In this document: one piece after another, positions 40,749 to 53,250 of the stretch
Numbering within the stretch: the stretch's first letter is position 1
Layout of the letters: every line of letters begins with the position of its first letter
NCBI GenBank assembly: GCA_951406725.2
Contig: OX597822.1
Location: 62,496,001-62,560,000, forward strand
Source of the DNA: Octopus vulgaris
Lineage: Eukaryota
Direction: 5' to 3'
Length of the DNA: 64,000 nucleotides
The notes under the pieces: model-generated
The model's database searches: none
Seen by the model: the letters and a program-made list of their open reading frames with translations, nothing else
Told to the model about the DNA's origin: nothing
Position numbers and translations under genes: made by a program

Positions 40749-42003
40749 CATAGACAAGCCATCTGAATATGGCCAGGGACAGGGCAGGGTGGTGGGGTGT
40801 AACTGTTGCATTTAGCCCCAGGCAACATCGACGTCACCAGAAAGGCCAGACACCGTCACGTGCCCTTATCCTGCAAAGGAGGTAACCGATGAAGCGGAAC
40901 ACCACGGACCATGGTTCAGGTGTGCCTATCGTCGGCGTGGTAGGCTTCGCTTCCTCGACGAATCCTCACCTGCAGGATATTCATATAGATTTTCAAGCAA
41001 AATACATTTGCTGATCTCGACTGTTCAGCAATTCTCTAAAAGAGATATAGAAGTAACTGCCTAATAGGGACAGCACTGAATATGGCCAGGGACAGTGTGG
41101 GTGTTACTGTTGCATTTACAGGCGAACATCGACGTCACCGAGGCCAGACACGGTGCCTATCCAAAAGGTACCGATGAAGTGGAAAACACACGACCATGGC
41201 GTGTATTGCCTACGTGCGTGGGTAGGCTTCCGCTTCTCGACGAACTCACCTGCAGGATATTCATAATGATTTTCAGAAATTTCGATCTCGAAATCTGTTC
41301 GAAACAATATTCTCTAAAGAGAAAGACAGTAACTGCTCGATCATAAGGGACAGATCTGAATAGGCCAGGGACAGGGCGTGGTGGTGTTATGCATTTACCA
41401 GGGAACATCGACGTCACAGAAGGCGACAGTCGTGCCTATCCCAAGAATTCCCGATGAAGCGAAACCACACACGGACCATGGTTTCAAGGTGTATTGCCTA
41501 TGTCGGGTGAGGATTCGTCGAGGAAGCAAGCCTACCACACGCCGACGATAGGCAATACCTTGAAACCATGGTCCGTGTGTGGTTTCCGCTTCATCGGGAA
41601 TTACCTCGCTTTGCAGGATAAGGGCACCAGGTCTGGCCTTTCTGGTGACGTCGATGTTCGCCTGGGCTAAATGCAACGTACCACCATGCCCTGTCCCGCC
41701 TTCAGATGGCTGTCCCTGTTATCGAGCAGTTACTGTATATCTCTTTGGAAAATGGACGAGATCAGCAAATGTATTTTGCTGAAAATCATATATATATCCA
41801 GAGTGAGGATTGTCGAAAGGGAAGCCTACCACACGCCGACGATAGGCAATACACCTTGGTCCGGTGTTCCTCCGTACCTTGGATAGGCACCGTGACGGTC
41901 TGGCCTGGTCGTCGTGTTCGCCTGGCAAATGCAGCACCCACCACCCTGCCTGTCCCTGGCCATATTCAGATGGCTTTAGTCCCTATGTTATCGAGAGTAC
42001 TGT
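40745..42003. repeat. Tandem plus inverted array of ~280-313-bp hammerhead-containing units (retrozyme/pLTR-like)
   Basis: ctgaata(t)ggccaggga at 40763, 41076, 41356; orientation flips at ~41506; gtgaggatt at 41507 and 41803; flanked by (TA)n. Confidence 0.85.
41536..41579 (+). ncRNA. Type I hammerhead motif (U4C core variant)
   Basis: CACACG-CCGACGA-TAGG-CAATA-CCTT-GAAA-CCATGG-TC-CGTGTG; related copy on the minus strand at 40901-40941. Confidence 0.75.
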
Positions 42004-42018
42004 CATTTTTGAAATTAT

Positions 42019-42098
<80 letters not shown>

Positions 42099-42537
42099 GT
42101 TGTTGATAAAACATGTTCTTTGTCTATATACTTATCTTCTTTGTGATTTTGGATAAAAAGAAAATTTTACAAATGAATCCTTCGAATTTAACTAAATTCT
42201 ATATTTTTATGCAGCTGAAGATAGCTCTACATTTTAAATTGATGTAATGAAATGATTGCATTGTTCAATTAAATTGATTCGCATGAAATGATCGTACTGC
42301 ATTACCTCTGGATATCCTTGTTGTTTATATATATATATATATATATTCTCTTTTGCTCTTATACTCGTTTCAGTTATTTGAGCAAATCGACCCCAGGACT
42401 TATTCTTTGCAAGCCTAGTACTTATTCTATCGCTCTCTTTTGCCGAACCGCTAAGTTACGGGGATGTAAACGCACCACCATCGGTTGTCAAGCGATGTGG
42501 TGGGGACAATCACAGACACACAAACATATACACTCAC

Positions 42538-42587
<50 letters not shown>

Positions 42588-45500
42588 GCATACGACGGAC
42601 TTCTTTCAGTTTCCCTCTACCAAATCCACTCACAAGGCTTTGGTCGGCCCGAGGCTATAGTAGAAGACACTTGCCCAAGGTGCCACGCAGTGGGACTGAA
42701 CCCGGAACCAAGTGGTTGGTAAGCAAGCTACTTACCACACAGCCAGTCTTGCGCTTCCTTTTTACTTTTAGATCTTTAAATATAGCGCAGAAGCTTTTGC
42801 TGTTGTTGTGCTTCATTTTCAATATGTACGTTAAACATCAGATTCCATATGTTCAACAGCCTGCTGCCAAACTTCATTCAATACCCCATTCTACCTCGAG
42901 GTCATATGAACGTCCTTCCTACTGTCTCTCTTTCCTCTACAAAATCCTAAGCACCCCTCACACCTGCAGTATACACCGTCAACTGTTTTCCATTACTGAA
43001 CGCTCTTTTCTAAGCAGCACTGGTATCAAAAGATATTCATTTGTTCATATCGCTATACTTGTCGATTCCGTCATCGACTTTTTCTGTTATTGCTCTCATA
43101 GTTAGGGAAGGTGTTAGAATCTGAACTTACGTAGAGGTGTTGCATTGCTTCTGCTCACCAACTATATGCTAAACACACTCGAGCTTTCTAAATAGACATA
43201 TGAGTTATGGAGAAAGGAAACGAAAACGTGAGGAAAATATCAATGCAAGCACACATTGCTATTGTGCAGAGCTTTATGATAAACAATAACAAGATCCAGA
43301 AAACTGAATTAAATTCATAGAAACAATACACATTGAAAATAAAATTATGCAGCCGACAACTTATCAAAAAGAGCGGATGAGCATGATTATAGTTTGATTT
43401 AATTGTTCTCTCCCTCTAGTTATTTTCTATTGTTGGTTATTCTTTATTACTCTTGTTTATACCAGGGAGTTTGGATACTTACCTCCACAAACATTATATT
43501 TCTCGTCACATGACAATGGAATGACGTTACTGTTTACTACTACAAGGGGACGGAGACACTGCTCGCTTATTTCAGGGCAAAACGCGCTGAAAGTTTCCTT
43601 ATTACGACATGTATTACATCTAGGCCTTCTCTCTGAACTATCAGAGTTTCATGACCATTACTGGATACCTTCAACTGGGCACAGTAACCTTGTGGCCCTC
43701 GAAGCTCATAATGATTTGCAAATCCCTTTTGACACCCGTTAACCAAATGTTTCGTTTAGTCAACCCAACTTTAACTACCTTTTCGAACTGCAATGCTAAA
43801 GTAAATACCAGTCACGAATCCACATCATTTTCATTGTCTCTTATCGCCAATTTGTATTTCTTAGCCTCATATACAAGGCACAATTGCATGGGTAGAGGTA
43901 TATTTGTGTTTTAACTGATATGTGTTTTTAAATGTGCAATAGACGTTTCTTCCGGTTGCAAGAATTTCTCCAGAAATTTCATTGAGTCCTTATTGCAATT
44001 GCTGCTTCGTCGGTAAATCGATACTGCTGCCATCCTTTTAAAGATATACATACGCAGTTTTTCTTTTCCTCCCATAGGTCAGATTTTACGCCTAAGATAT
44101 CTGGTTTTACAAAATTCTCCTAACTAATCTTTTTCTAGTATGTGCGTTAAACATGAAATTTCGACTGTGTCATAAGAGAGACCTGTTTATCTGAGAAAGC
44201 TTTTACGTGAACAAATTACAACGCTTGCCTCGACGTGAATATTACTGTATCTACCATTAATGCTTAGCGGTTTTTCGTCTGCCGTTACGTTGTTAGTTCA
44301 AATTCCGCCGAGGTCGACTTTGCCTTTCATCCTTTCGGGGTCGATAAATTAAGTACCAGTTACGTACTGGGGTTGATGTAATCGACTTAATCCGTTTGTC
44401 TGTTCTTGTTTGACCCCTCTACGTTTAGCCCCTTGTGGGCAATAAAGAAATAAGAAACATATGACAGAGTATAAAAAATTAAAACACTACAAAATCAAAT
44501 CTTTGCATGCCGAGAGAATATTGATAAAAGAGGTCGAACCCGAGTCGCTTCATTCGAAAATACGAAGAAAATGAATATGAGGAGGATTTAAGAGTAGAAA
44601 ATTCTAAAAAAAAGGCAATTATCAAAAGGCTGCAAAAAAAAAATAAAGAAATAATAATGATGATGAAATAACAGACCGATGCAAACACTGTGCAGATGAA
44701 AAGAGATAAAAAAATAACTGATCTTTTAATATTTAATGCTATTAGAAATGAAAAGATACACATGCAAACAAAGAGAGAAACAAATACTTAGGAAATACTG
44801 CATAAAAAAATACACTTGACATCAGAGAACAAAAGTAATCTGTCGTTCTGCAATTTGACGACGACTGTTTGAACAAAACCAACACAAAAGGATTTATCAA
44901 GAAATAATTAAAAATAATGCAGAAATAAATGCAGCACTAAAAGTAATAAAAGGAAAAAATTGGGGAGATGAGAATATTCAGTGCAGGGATGGGCAGAGAG
45001 AATTCTCAAAACAGCACGTGAAGTGACTAAACAATAGTGAAAACAAATGACAACAAAAGAAACAACCCGGTGTTTATAAATGATGAATAACCGGAAATAT
45101 TTAATCGGCAAGTAGAAATCGCTTACAAAAGTGTTCAATGATTTCTTGAATGAACCCAAAACAGCATTGGAATAGTTCATCGAAGGAGAGGGAAATATCA
45201 TAACCCACAAAAGCGAAGAAATGACAATCAACAAACAGTAGCTCAGTGATTTATAGTATACAGAAGGAATGGCAAACTTCTGCTGACTCTTTCGCCACAA
45301 CTTTCTCTCACTCTTTCCTCCTGCATCTTGCAGCTCACCTGCGACGGACCGGCGTCCCGTCCAGGTGGGGAAACCGGGAAACCGGCCCTATGAGCCAGGT
45401 GTGGCTCGAGAAGGAACAAACAATACATATAAGGAGAAAAATATTTTAAGAAGTCTCTATCCCACGACTTAGTTTCGCCTTGGTATTAATCTGTTCAATT

Positions 45501-45599
45501 ATCATCTTCAGCGTTTTTAACAAATTCCTACCGAAGACAGAATAGATTACTGACAAAAATTACACCAACAGTTTTTTCTCAGAACTCTTGAAAACATTA

Positions 45600-46240
45600 C
45601 TACGTATCAAGGGGAATTGTAGGAAGTATTCTTCCTACTAAGTTGAAATTGCTTGTCGGACTCTTTAAGATTTCCTACGACAAAAGCTCTTAAAGCCCTT
45701 ACGTTACCAACTTCTCAAACAAAGTAGGTACCATTTGCCATCTTTCACAAACATACAGCAGTGACGAACGGGTTACATTAATACACGTGGACGAGGGTCA
45801 GCGTTGATGCAAAGATATCTCAAATACTTCGTATGTCTGAATTTAAATTTTGTAGCCAACAGCAAGATCAGAATTTCTTAGGCATATACGGAGGGTGCGT
45901 CATCTACAAACACTCTTAGACAAACTTGACGGGTAGAGTACATAGTAATGAATAGTTCTGATACGCGCCATTCACTGAACAGACGTCGCTGTACGTTGTG
46001 TTCAGCCAACCGGGAAAGACGGGAGAAAACCCGTCTGTAGTGAGGACAGCCGCCAAGTATTTGGTGGTCAATCATACCGAAAGCTTTCGACTGATTTACA
46101 TTGATCAGGGATCCCATCTATTCTACGTTTACTGTCCACCTTCTCTATGTTGTATCTCATGAAGTGAAGATTGCTGTGGATAGATCTATCTGGGAATAGC
46201 GCATATTTTGCACATTAACAATCAAGTCTTCGTCGAAGAC
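45600..46240 (-). mobile_element. L1/Tx1-like RT remnant
   Basis: GSLINVNQSKAFGMIDH (resembles LDQSKAFDRVDH); upstream region resembles the PDRSIH.NLH motif. Confidence 0.6.
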
Positions 46241-46480
46241 TTGTTTGGTATTATTACTATTATTAATTTAGGCGGCGAGCTGGCAGAATCGTTGGCATCT
46301 CGGACAAAATGTTTAGTGCCATTTCATCCGTCTTTACGTTCTGAGTTCAAATTCCGCAGGGGTTGACTTTGCCTTTCATCCTTTCAAGGTCGATAAATTA
46401 ATTAAGCGAAATACTGGTGTGGATGTGAGCGATTATCCACTTCCCCACAAATTCCAGGCCTTGTGCCTAGAATAGAAAGG

Positions 46481-46539
<59 letters not shown>

Positions 46540-47105
46540 CTTATAATCTTCATGTTTGTTACAATCACTTGCCGAAACACACCCAGCGTCCTAAGGCGAG
46601 TAAAGGATAAGTGATATTACAGTATGAATGAAAACTTGGGGAGGGTAAGTGACAGGGGCAGTAGCGAAGACATTTAAACTGATAGTGTTTTGTTTTCTAA
46701 GGATGTGGGCAGTACTTAACACAATCTTTTGGATTTCTCTGAGACATGGTTCTCCTGAGATATTATCCAGATGTTTTTGACATCCATTTATTATCATACC
46801 TGTTGCACCCACAATGACAGGAACAGCTCTCACATTAAGATGCCACGTCTTTTGTATTTCAATTTCCAGGTCCTGATGTTTACTTAATTTGTCAAATTCC
46901 TTTACAGATATATTTTTATCAGTGGAAACACTTACATCTATTAGTCTACAAGTATTTTCTTCTTTGTCCTTAATGACTATGTCTGATCGATTAGCCTGGA
47001 TCATTCTGTCGGTGATGATTGGAAAATCGCAGAGAATAGAGACATTTTTACCTTCAATGACTGGCTTAGTTTAATGTCCATACCAGTAAGAAGAATTACT
47101 GATTC
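46540..47105 (-). mobile_element. RLE-type (R4/Dong/NeSL-like) LINE 3' fragment between (TAA)n tracts; partial inverted copy at ~48200-48340
   Basis: ANRSDIVIKDK...LIDVSV..D.NIS.KEFDKLSKHQDLEIEI...PVIVGATG. Confidence 0.8.
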
Positions 47106-47129
47106 TAATGCTCTGATTATTAAGCAGAT

Positions 47130-47155
47130 CATTCTTCTTCTTCTTCTTCTTCTTC

Positions 47156-47240
<85 letters not shown>

Positions 47241-47293
47241 CATCATTATTATTATTATTATTATTATTATCATCATCATCATCATCATCATCA

Positions 47294-47372
<79 letters not shown>

Positions 47373-47374
47373 CA

Positions 47375-47418
<44 letters not shown>

Positions 47419-47420
47419 TA
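47130..47420. repeat. (TTA)n/(TCA)n microsatellite; similar tracts at 34545-34845, 38881-39040, 48785-48907
   Basis: Direct reading. Confidence 0.95.
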
Positions 47421-48821
47421 ATGTTCACAAATAATATGTTAACATTATAATGAAACTGTACTCCAGCAAGATAGTGTAAAAGGTGTTGTCTTTTTAAACA
47501 AAACAAATAAGTTTCATTCAATCCACGAGACATTCAACAATATAGAACTAAAAAGAAAAAAAACAAAATCATATCAACTCTAAGAAAGTGATACAGAATG
47601 TATTTTGGAGAACGGTTATAGACAATGGATGGATAGCCACAGACAAGAATACTAAAAGCAAGCGAGATGCTATACCATCCAAGATGAGAAATAGCCAACG
47701 AAGTAAATTAAACGCTAGTATAATGCAAACAAACCAAGACCAACAGAGATAACAAACAGCGCCAAAATTCAACGTGCGTTATTAATATCAATATCTGTAT
47801 TTGCAAAGACATCCAATAATTCACTTGAAGAAAAAGAAAAGAAAAGAAATTATTTCATTTGCTCACTGAGGACAAGTAACCACTATATTCATAAACGAGT
47901 AGTAATGGATCTCTACATGATCGATTGATTTGTAAGAAATAGCAGCGAAATTTCCCTCAAGTCACCCTGATTCATTTGAACAGAGCAAGACATTTAATCT
48001 AACAGTCATAAGAAAGAAACTGAGATGTCCAGAACGTAAAACAATCTGCTTAATAATAAGTACATTAGAATCAGTAGAAGGAGATACACATTAATATGTA
48101 ACTACTTGGCCAGATCTTTCACAGAGGTGCAGGCATGGTTGTGTGGTTAAGAAGTTCTCTATGTAACCACATGGTTTAGGGTTCAGTCCTGCTGCGTGGC
48201 ATCTTAAAGTGAGAACTGTTCCTGTCATTGTGGGTATAATAGGTATGAGAGGAAAGGGATGTCAAAAACATCTAGATAATATCTCAGGAGAACCATGTCT
48301 CAAAGAAATCCAAAAGATTATGTTAAGTACTGCCCACACTAATATAGCAGAAGACAATTATATTAATGGTGATCTAATATCAAGATAAACTGCACATGAC
48401 CTTGCAGATGGGGCTCAGTTAGAATTTTCTTCATGTCAGGTAGCCCATCCCACTCAAAAGGTCCCTGAATAAGGGTTGTTTAAGGACTTCAACGAAACAC
48501 CCATGTTTCCAGGGGTGAATTACTTAAACCCCAAAGAATTCCTCTCAGTTCATGGTTATGATGTTCTTCAACTACTTCTGCTCGTAATCAGAGATGCACA
48601 TATCGTCAGCCACAAAGGGAGATGCTCAACTGGTTAAGGTCAAACAACTGACAAGCAAATCTGTGGTACTGAGCTGAATATTTGCTGTAGCCCATCTTTT
48701 ATACCAAAACAAAACAATGTACATCATAAAACCTCCAATCAGTTAATATCAGAAATAATGAGAGCCACTGCCTGGTACTGCATTTATTATCATCATCATC
48801 ATCATCATCATTATTATTATA

Positions 48822-48908
<87 letters not shown>

Positions 48909-49243
48909 TCACTAAGGCATAACGGTATTAATAAACTGGTAATAAAACTCAATATACAAATGTCCCATTCGCGAGTACAGGACAGTAATTAGATAAATGA
49001 CAAGGGAAGAAGAAATTATGTAATGAATTTTATTACCTTACAGCTGTTACTGCTTTAAGATGCAATGCACTCACAGTTGGCTACCTGTGTATCTTCCACT
49101 TCTTTTTAAAATTCCGATTAAACTATAGGAGAATACACGATGAAACTATAACGTAAGTTGGTGAAGTTCATGACCTAATGTCTTATTCTCTTGTTATTTG
49201 TTTAACTTCTTATATATATACATACACCCTTTATAATTTGTTA

Positions 49244-49615
49244 TCTATTATATAAAATCCGTTCTGTCTGTCTGTCTGTCTGTGTGTCTTCTATGATTTA
49301 GGGCACCTCCATCCAATTGCGCTCAAATTTGATATGTAGATACCGACAGTACCAGGACGTGTATGTCTTGAAAAAATTACAAAAATCGATTCCAGGTGAG
49401 AATACGATCGATAAGGTGAATAAAATCGTTTTTCTTTGGAATAGGAAAAAAGTCTTTATTTCTTCTTTTACTGGTATCTCAAATATAGGTTAAATTAGTG
49501 TTTCTCAAAGGGAAATTCTATGGGACGGTCGGAGAAGTTGTTTTGAGAAAATTTGGTTTAAATGTTTGACAACTCAGCACCGTCTATTGGACGGGGGGGG
49601 GGACATTTTGCTCGT
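49244..49615 (+). mobile_element. Helitron/Helentron-associated non-autonomous element (partial)
   Basis: A|TCTATTATATAAA start followed by (TCTG)n and ...atccaattgcgctcaaatttg, like the 767-1149 element. Confidence 0.5.
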
Positions 49616-49641
49616 TATACATATATATATATATATATATT

Positions 49642-50168
49642 TCAATAGCTATCTTGATGGCGGTGGCCTCATGGAGCTGACCTGCGGCAGCGATTATTCT
49701 TATATCTATAAGAATGCCATATTAATATGGCGATAACAATTAATTTCCAGTAAACGCTGTCGTAATCTCTTTTATAGAGACTTAGTAATTTTAATATTTC
49801 TATTATTGAAAACAAGTGGATGTATTCCACTGAAACTAGGTAAATAGAAACCTTCGAACAGAGACGTCAGTGGCGACACCTGCGCGTCTGACTGCGCTAC
49901 ATTGACAAGGGCAATACCCCGAAACGCGTCTGTAGCTGTCGGACTGGCAGTGTGAAGCGGCTGACCTCCCTTGTTCGAAGGTTATAATGGATACAGTTCG
50001 TGTATCAATAGCTATCTTGATGGCGGTGGCCTCAAGGAGCTGACCAGCGGCAGCGATTATTCTTATATCTATAAGAATGCCATATTAATATGGCGATAAC
50101 AATTAATTTCCAGTAAACGCTGCCGTAATCTCTTTTATAGAGACTTAGTAATTTTAATATTTCTATTA
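49642..50168 (+). repeat. ~1.45 tandem copies of a 363-bp structured monomer carrying two hammerhead-like motifs
   Basis: 49642-49805 repeated at 50005-50168; inserted in (TA)n. Confidence 0.9.
49896..49936 (+). ncRNA. Type I hammerhead ribozyme, U3-A8 core
   Basis: GCTACA-TTGACAA-GGG-CAATAC-CCC-GAAA-CGCG-TC-TGTAGC: perfect 6-bp stem I, GUC site. Confidence 0.85.
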
Positions 50169-50355
50169 TATATATATATATATGAGAATTGTAGTCGGTG
50201 ACGAAGGGTGTCAAGACCTTTATGACAACATTGAGCATTTTCCTGTTTATTTCTAACAATGTAGGTGTCTTGACACCCTTAGACACATTTAGTTGACGAC
50301 TATAATTCTCCTTTGCGGTATAACACTGCAACTAGCTGTTTTTATTAATTAATAT

Positions 50356-50417
<62 letters not shown>

Positions 50418-52044
50418 AAATCCAATGCTGGATTCTAAATAACTGCAATGATGAAACGTACGTAGGGCCTAAATATTTATACTTGTGCTTGCTTATATAT
50501 ATGTGTGTGTGTGAGTAATAAAATATTCGTCTACTTCATACCACATACTTAAATAAAAAATATGTAATGAAGAGCAAAGAACGCGATTGTCTTTAACATT
50601 TAGAAATTAATATGTCATTACGACAGTGTCGGTTGGATCTTTATCTAAAATTCCCATAAACAGATCAACTTTCTTCAAAGTTTGCATGCAAATTGCCTCC
50701 TTTTTCTTTTCCCACTCATAAGTTGCCGTTCTTGTAGCCTTTTAGAGATTGTGTTAATTGAAACTAATGATAGAAACAAATAAATATACGTAGAGAGGAT
50801 GAAGTTTCGAAATTCAATCTGAACAGCCGACTGGCAAATTACCACAAATCCTGCCAGATTCAAAACAAGCCAGGTTTAGATTTTTTTTTAAACTTTGAAC
50901 CGAGTGATTATAAAAGGTACTCCTTAAAATTCTCGATTTAGAAATATTTATTCATTGATTATATTAACGTTTTGAACATATTTTTTCATTCATAAGATCG
51001 ATGCTTATATTATACGTACACGTGCAGCATTTTGGCTGTGTACATAAAATCAGAAAGATATAACGTTACAAAGAAATTTAGAAGTGTTATGTATATTCAC
51101 TGATGGTCAGCGGACAAGCTTTTGGTCAGCAACCAACAATTATACGAACAACTTGTTGTAATGCCAAAATGATTAAAGCGTGTTCAAAGGGTAACGTTTG
51201 TTAGATGTTTTTAAATTATCTAGTAACAGAACCAACGTAATTGGAATTGTGGGAAGACTTTAAAACATTAAGGTGACGAACATGCATCAACGTAACTCAC
51301 AATGTTTGTTACTTGGCACACAAATGAAACAGTTAATTTTATTTGGTAAGCGAAAAAGGAATTAAAAAACAACATCTCTGAATTGACTTTTTCAAGAATA
51401 GTTTAAAATTATAAAACACACAAGCAACAGGGGAGTCAGCACGTACCGAAAAAAGAATCTGTAACTGCTTTTCCAACTCCACTTAGAAATATTATTCCTT
51501 TCCACGATAGGCAAATGGCTTGAAATTTAGGGAAAGGGCACTAGTCGATTGCATCGACCCCTGTGCACAAATAGCACTATCTTTATTATTAATCATTCAT
51601 AAATGCATATATAAACATACATACCAGCACACACGCTCACACTCATATACACCCACGCGCTCACACACACATGCTGACACATATACATACATTCATACAT
51701 ACATACACACAAACACACACACGCATACGATCCAAGGATCGAGGTGTAGGAACAAAGTTAGCTTAAAGCAATCCGTAGTAAATATAAAAAAAACAACTTT
51801 CTGAGACAATAGTGGTTTACTGAGTCGGAAGGCTGTGGATTTTTTCGTATCGAAGTACGATAAACGGGAAAAAATTCTTTCTACATTTCCATGGATTGTC
51901 TTGATGAACGCAGCAGTATAATTTTTACCTGTAAACATCGACCACAAAATCTATTCTCAAAATACAAATAACAACAACCCAGCCCGCATCTTTTCCCTAA
52001 CCTTCATAAGCTCTTAGCCTCTTATTTACCCTCACTACCACTGT

Positions 52045-53250
52045 TTATTCTTTTCTACTCTGGGCACAAGGCTCGAATTTTTGGGGGCGGAGGAGGCCAG
52101 TCGATTTGATCGACCGCAGTACGCAATTGGTACTTAATTTATCGACCCCGAAAGGATAAAAGGCAAAGGCGACCTCGGCAGATTTGAACTCAGAACATAA
52201 AAACCGACAAAATACCGCTATGCATTTCGCCCGACGTGCTAACGTTTCTGCCAGCTCGCCGCCCTACTACCACTATATATTCTTCTCTACTCTAGGCATA
52301 AGGCCCGAAACTTTGGGGGATGAGCTAGTCGATTAGATCGTCCTCAGTACGCAACTGGTATTTAATTTATCGACCCTGAAATGATGAAAGGCAAAGTCGA
52401 CCTTTGAACTTGTACTCAGAACGTAAAGACAGACGAAATGCCACTAAGCATTTCGCCCGGCGTGCTAACCTTTCTTCCAGCTCGCCGCCTAACTACTACT
52501 ATATATTAAACCACCAATATATTCCCATTATTTTCCATCAATAAGGCGGTGGGCGGCCTGGCAGAAACGTTAGCACGCCGGGCGAAATGCTTGGCTGTAT
52601 TTCGTCTGCCGCTATGTTCTGAGTTCAAATTCCGCCGAGATCGACATTGCCTGTTATCATTTTGGTATCGATAAATTAAGTACCAGTTGCGTACTGGGGT
52701 TGGTCTAATCGACTATCCCCTCTCCCTAAAATTTCGCGCCTTGTGCCTAGAGTAGAAAATATTATTTTGTATTTAATTCCTTACTGCCGTTATACGTTTC
52801 TCTTTAAGGTGGTGAAGTGGCAGAATCGTTAGCAAGCCGGGCGAAATGCTTCGCGATATTTCATCCATCTTTACGTTGAAGTTCAAATTTCGCCGAGGTC
52901 AACTTTGCCTTTCATCCTTTCATGATCGATAAAGATAAATTAAGTACCAGTGAAACATTAGGGTTGATATAATCGACTTGTCCCCTTCCCCAAAATTTTG
53001 AAGGCCTTGTGCCTTTAGTAGAAAGGATTGTTATTAAGGCGGCAAGCTGGCAGATTCGTTAGCACGCCGGGCAAAATACCGTGAAGCATTTCACCCGTCT
53101 TTACGTTCTGAGTTCAAATTCCGCCGAGGGCGACTTTGCCTTTCACCCTTTCGTGGTCCATAAATTAAGTACCAGTTGCATACTGAGGTTGATCTAATCG
53201 ACTGGCTCCTTCTCCAAAAATTTTGGGCCTTGTACCTAGAGTAGAAAACA
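52045..53250. mobile_element. Cluster of five Deu/Nin-core SINEs (two minus, then three plus); further copies at ~44265-44460, ~46270-46480, ~57340-57550
   Basis: Repeated ggcggcgagctggcagaa.cgttagc...gagttcaaattccgccgagg..gactttgcctttcatcc. Confidence 0.85.
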
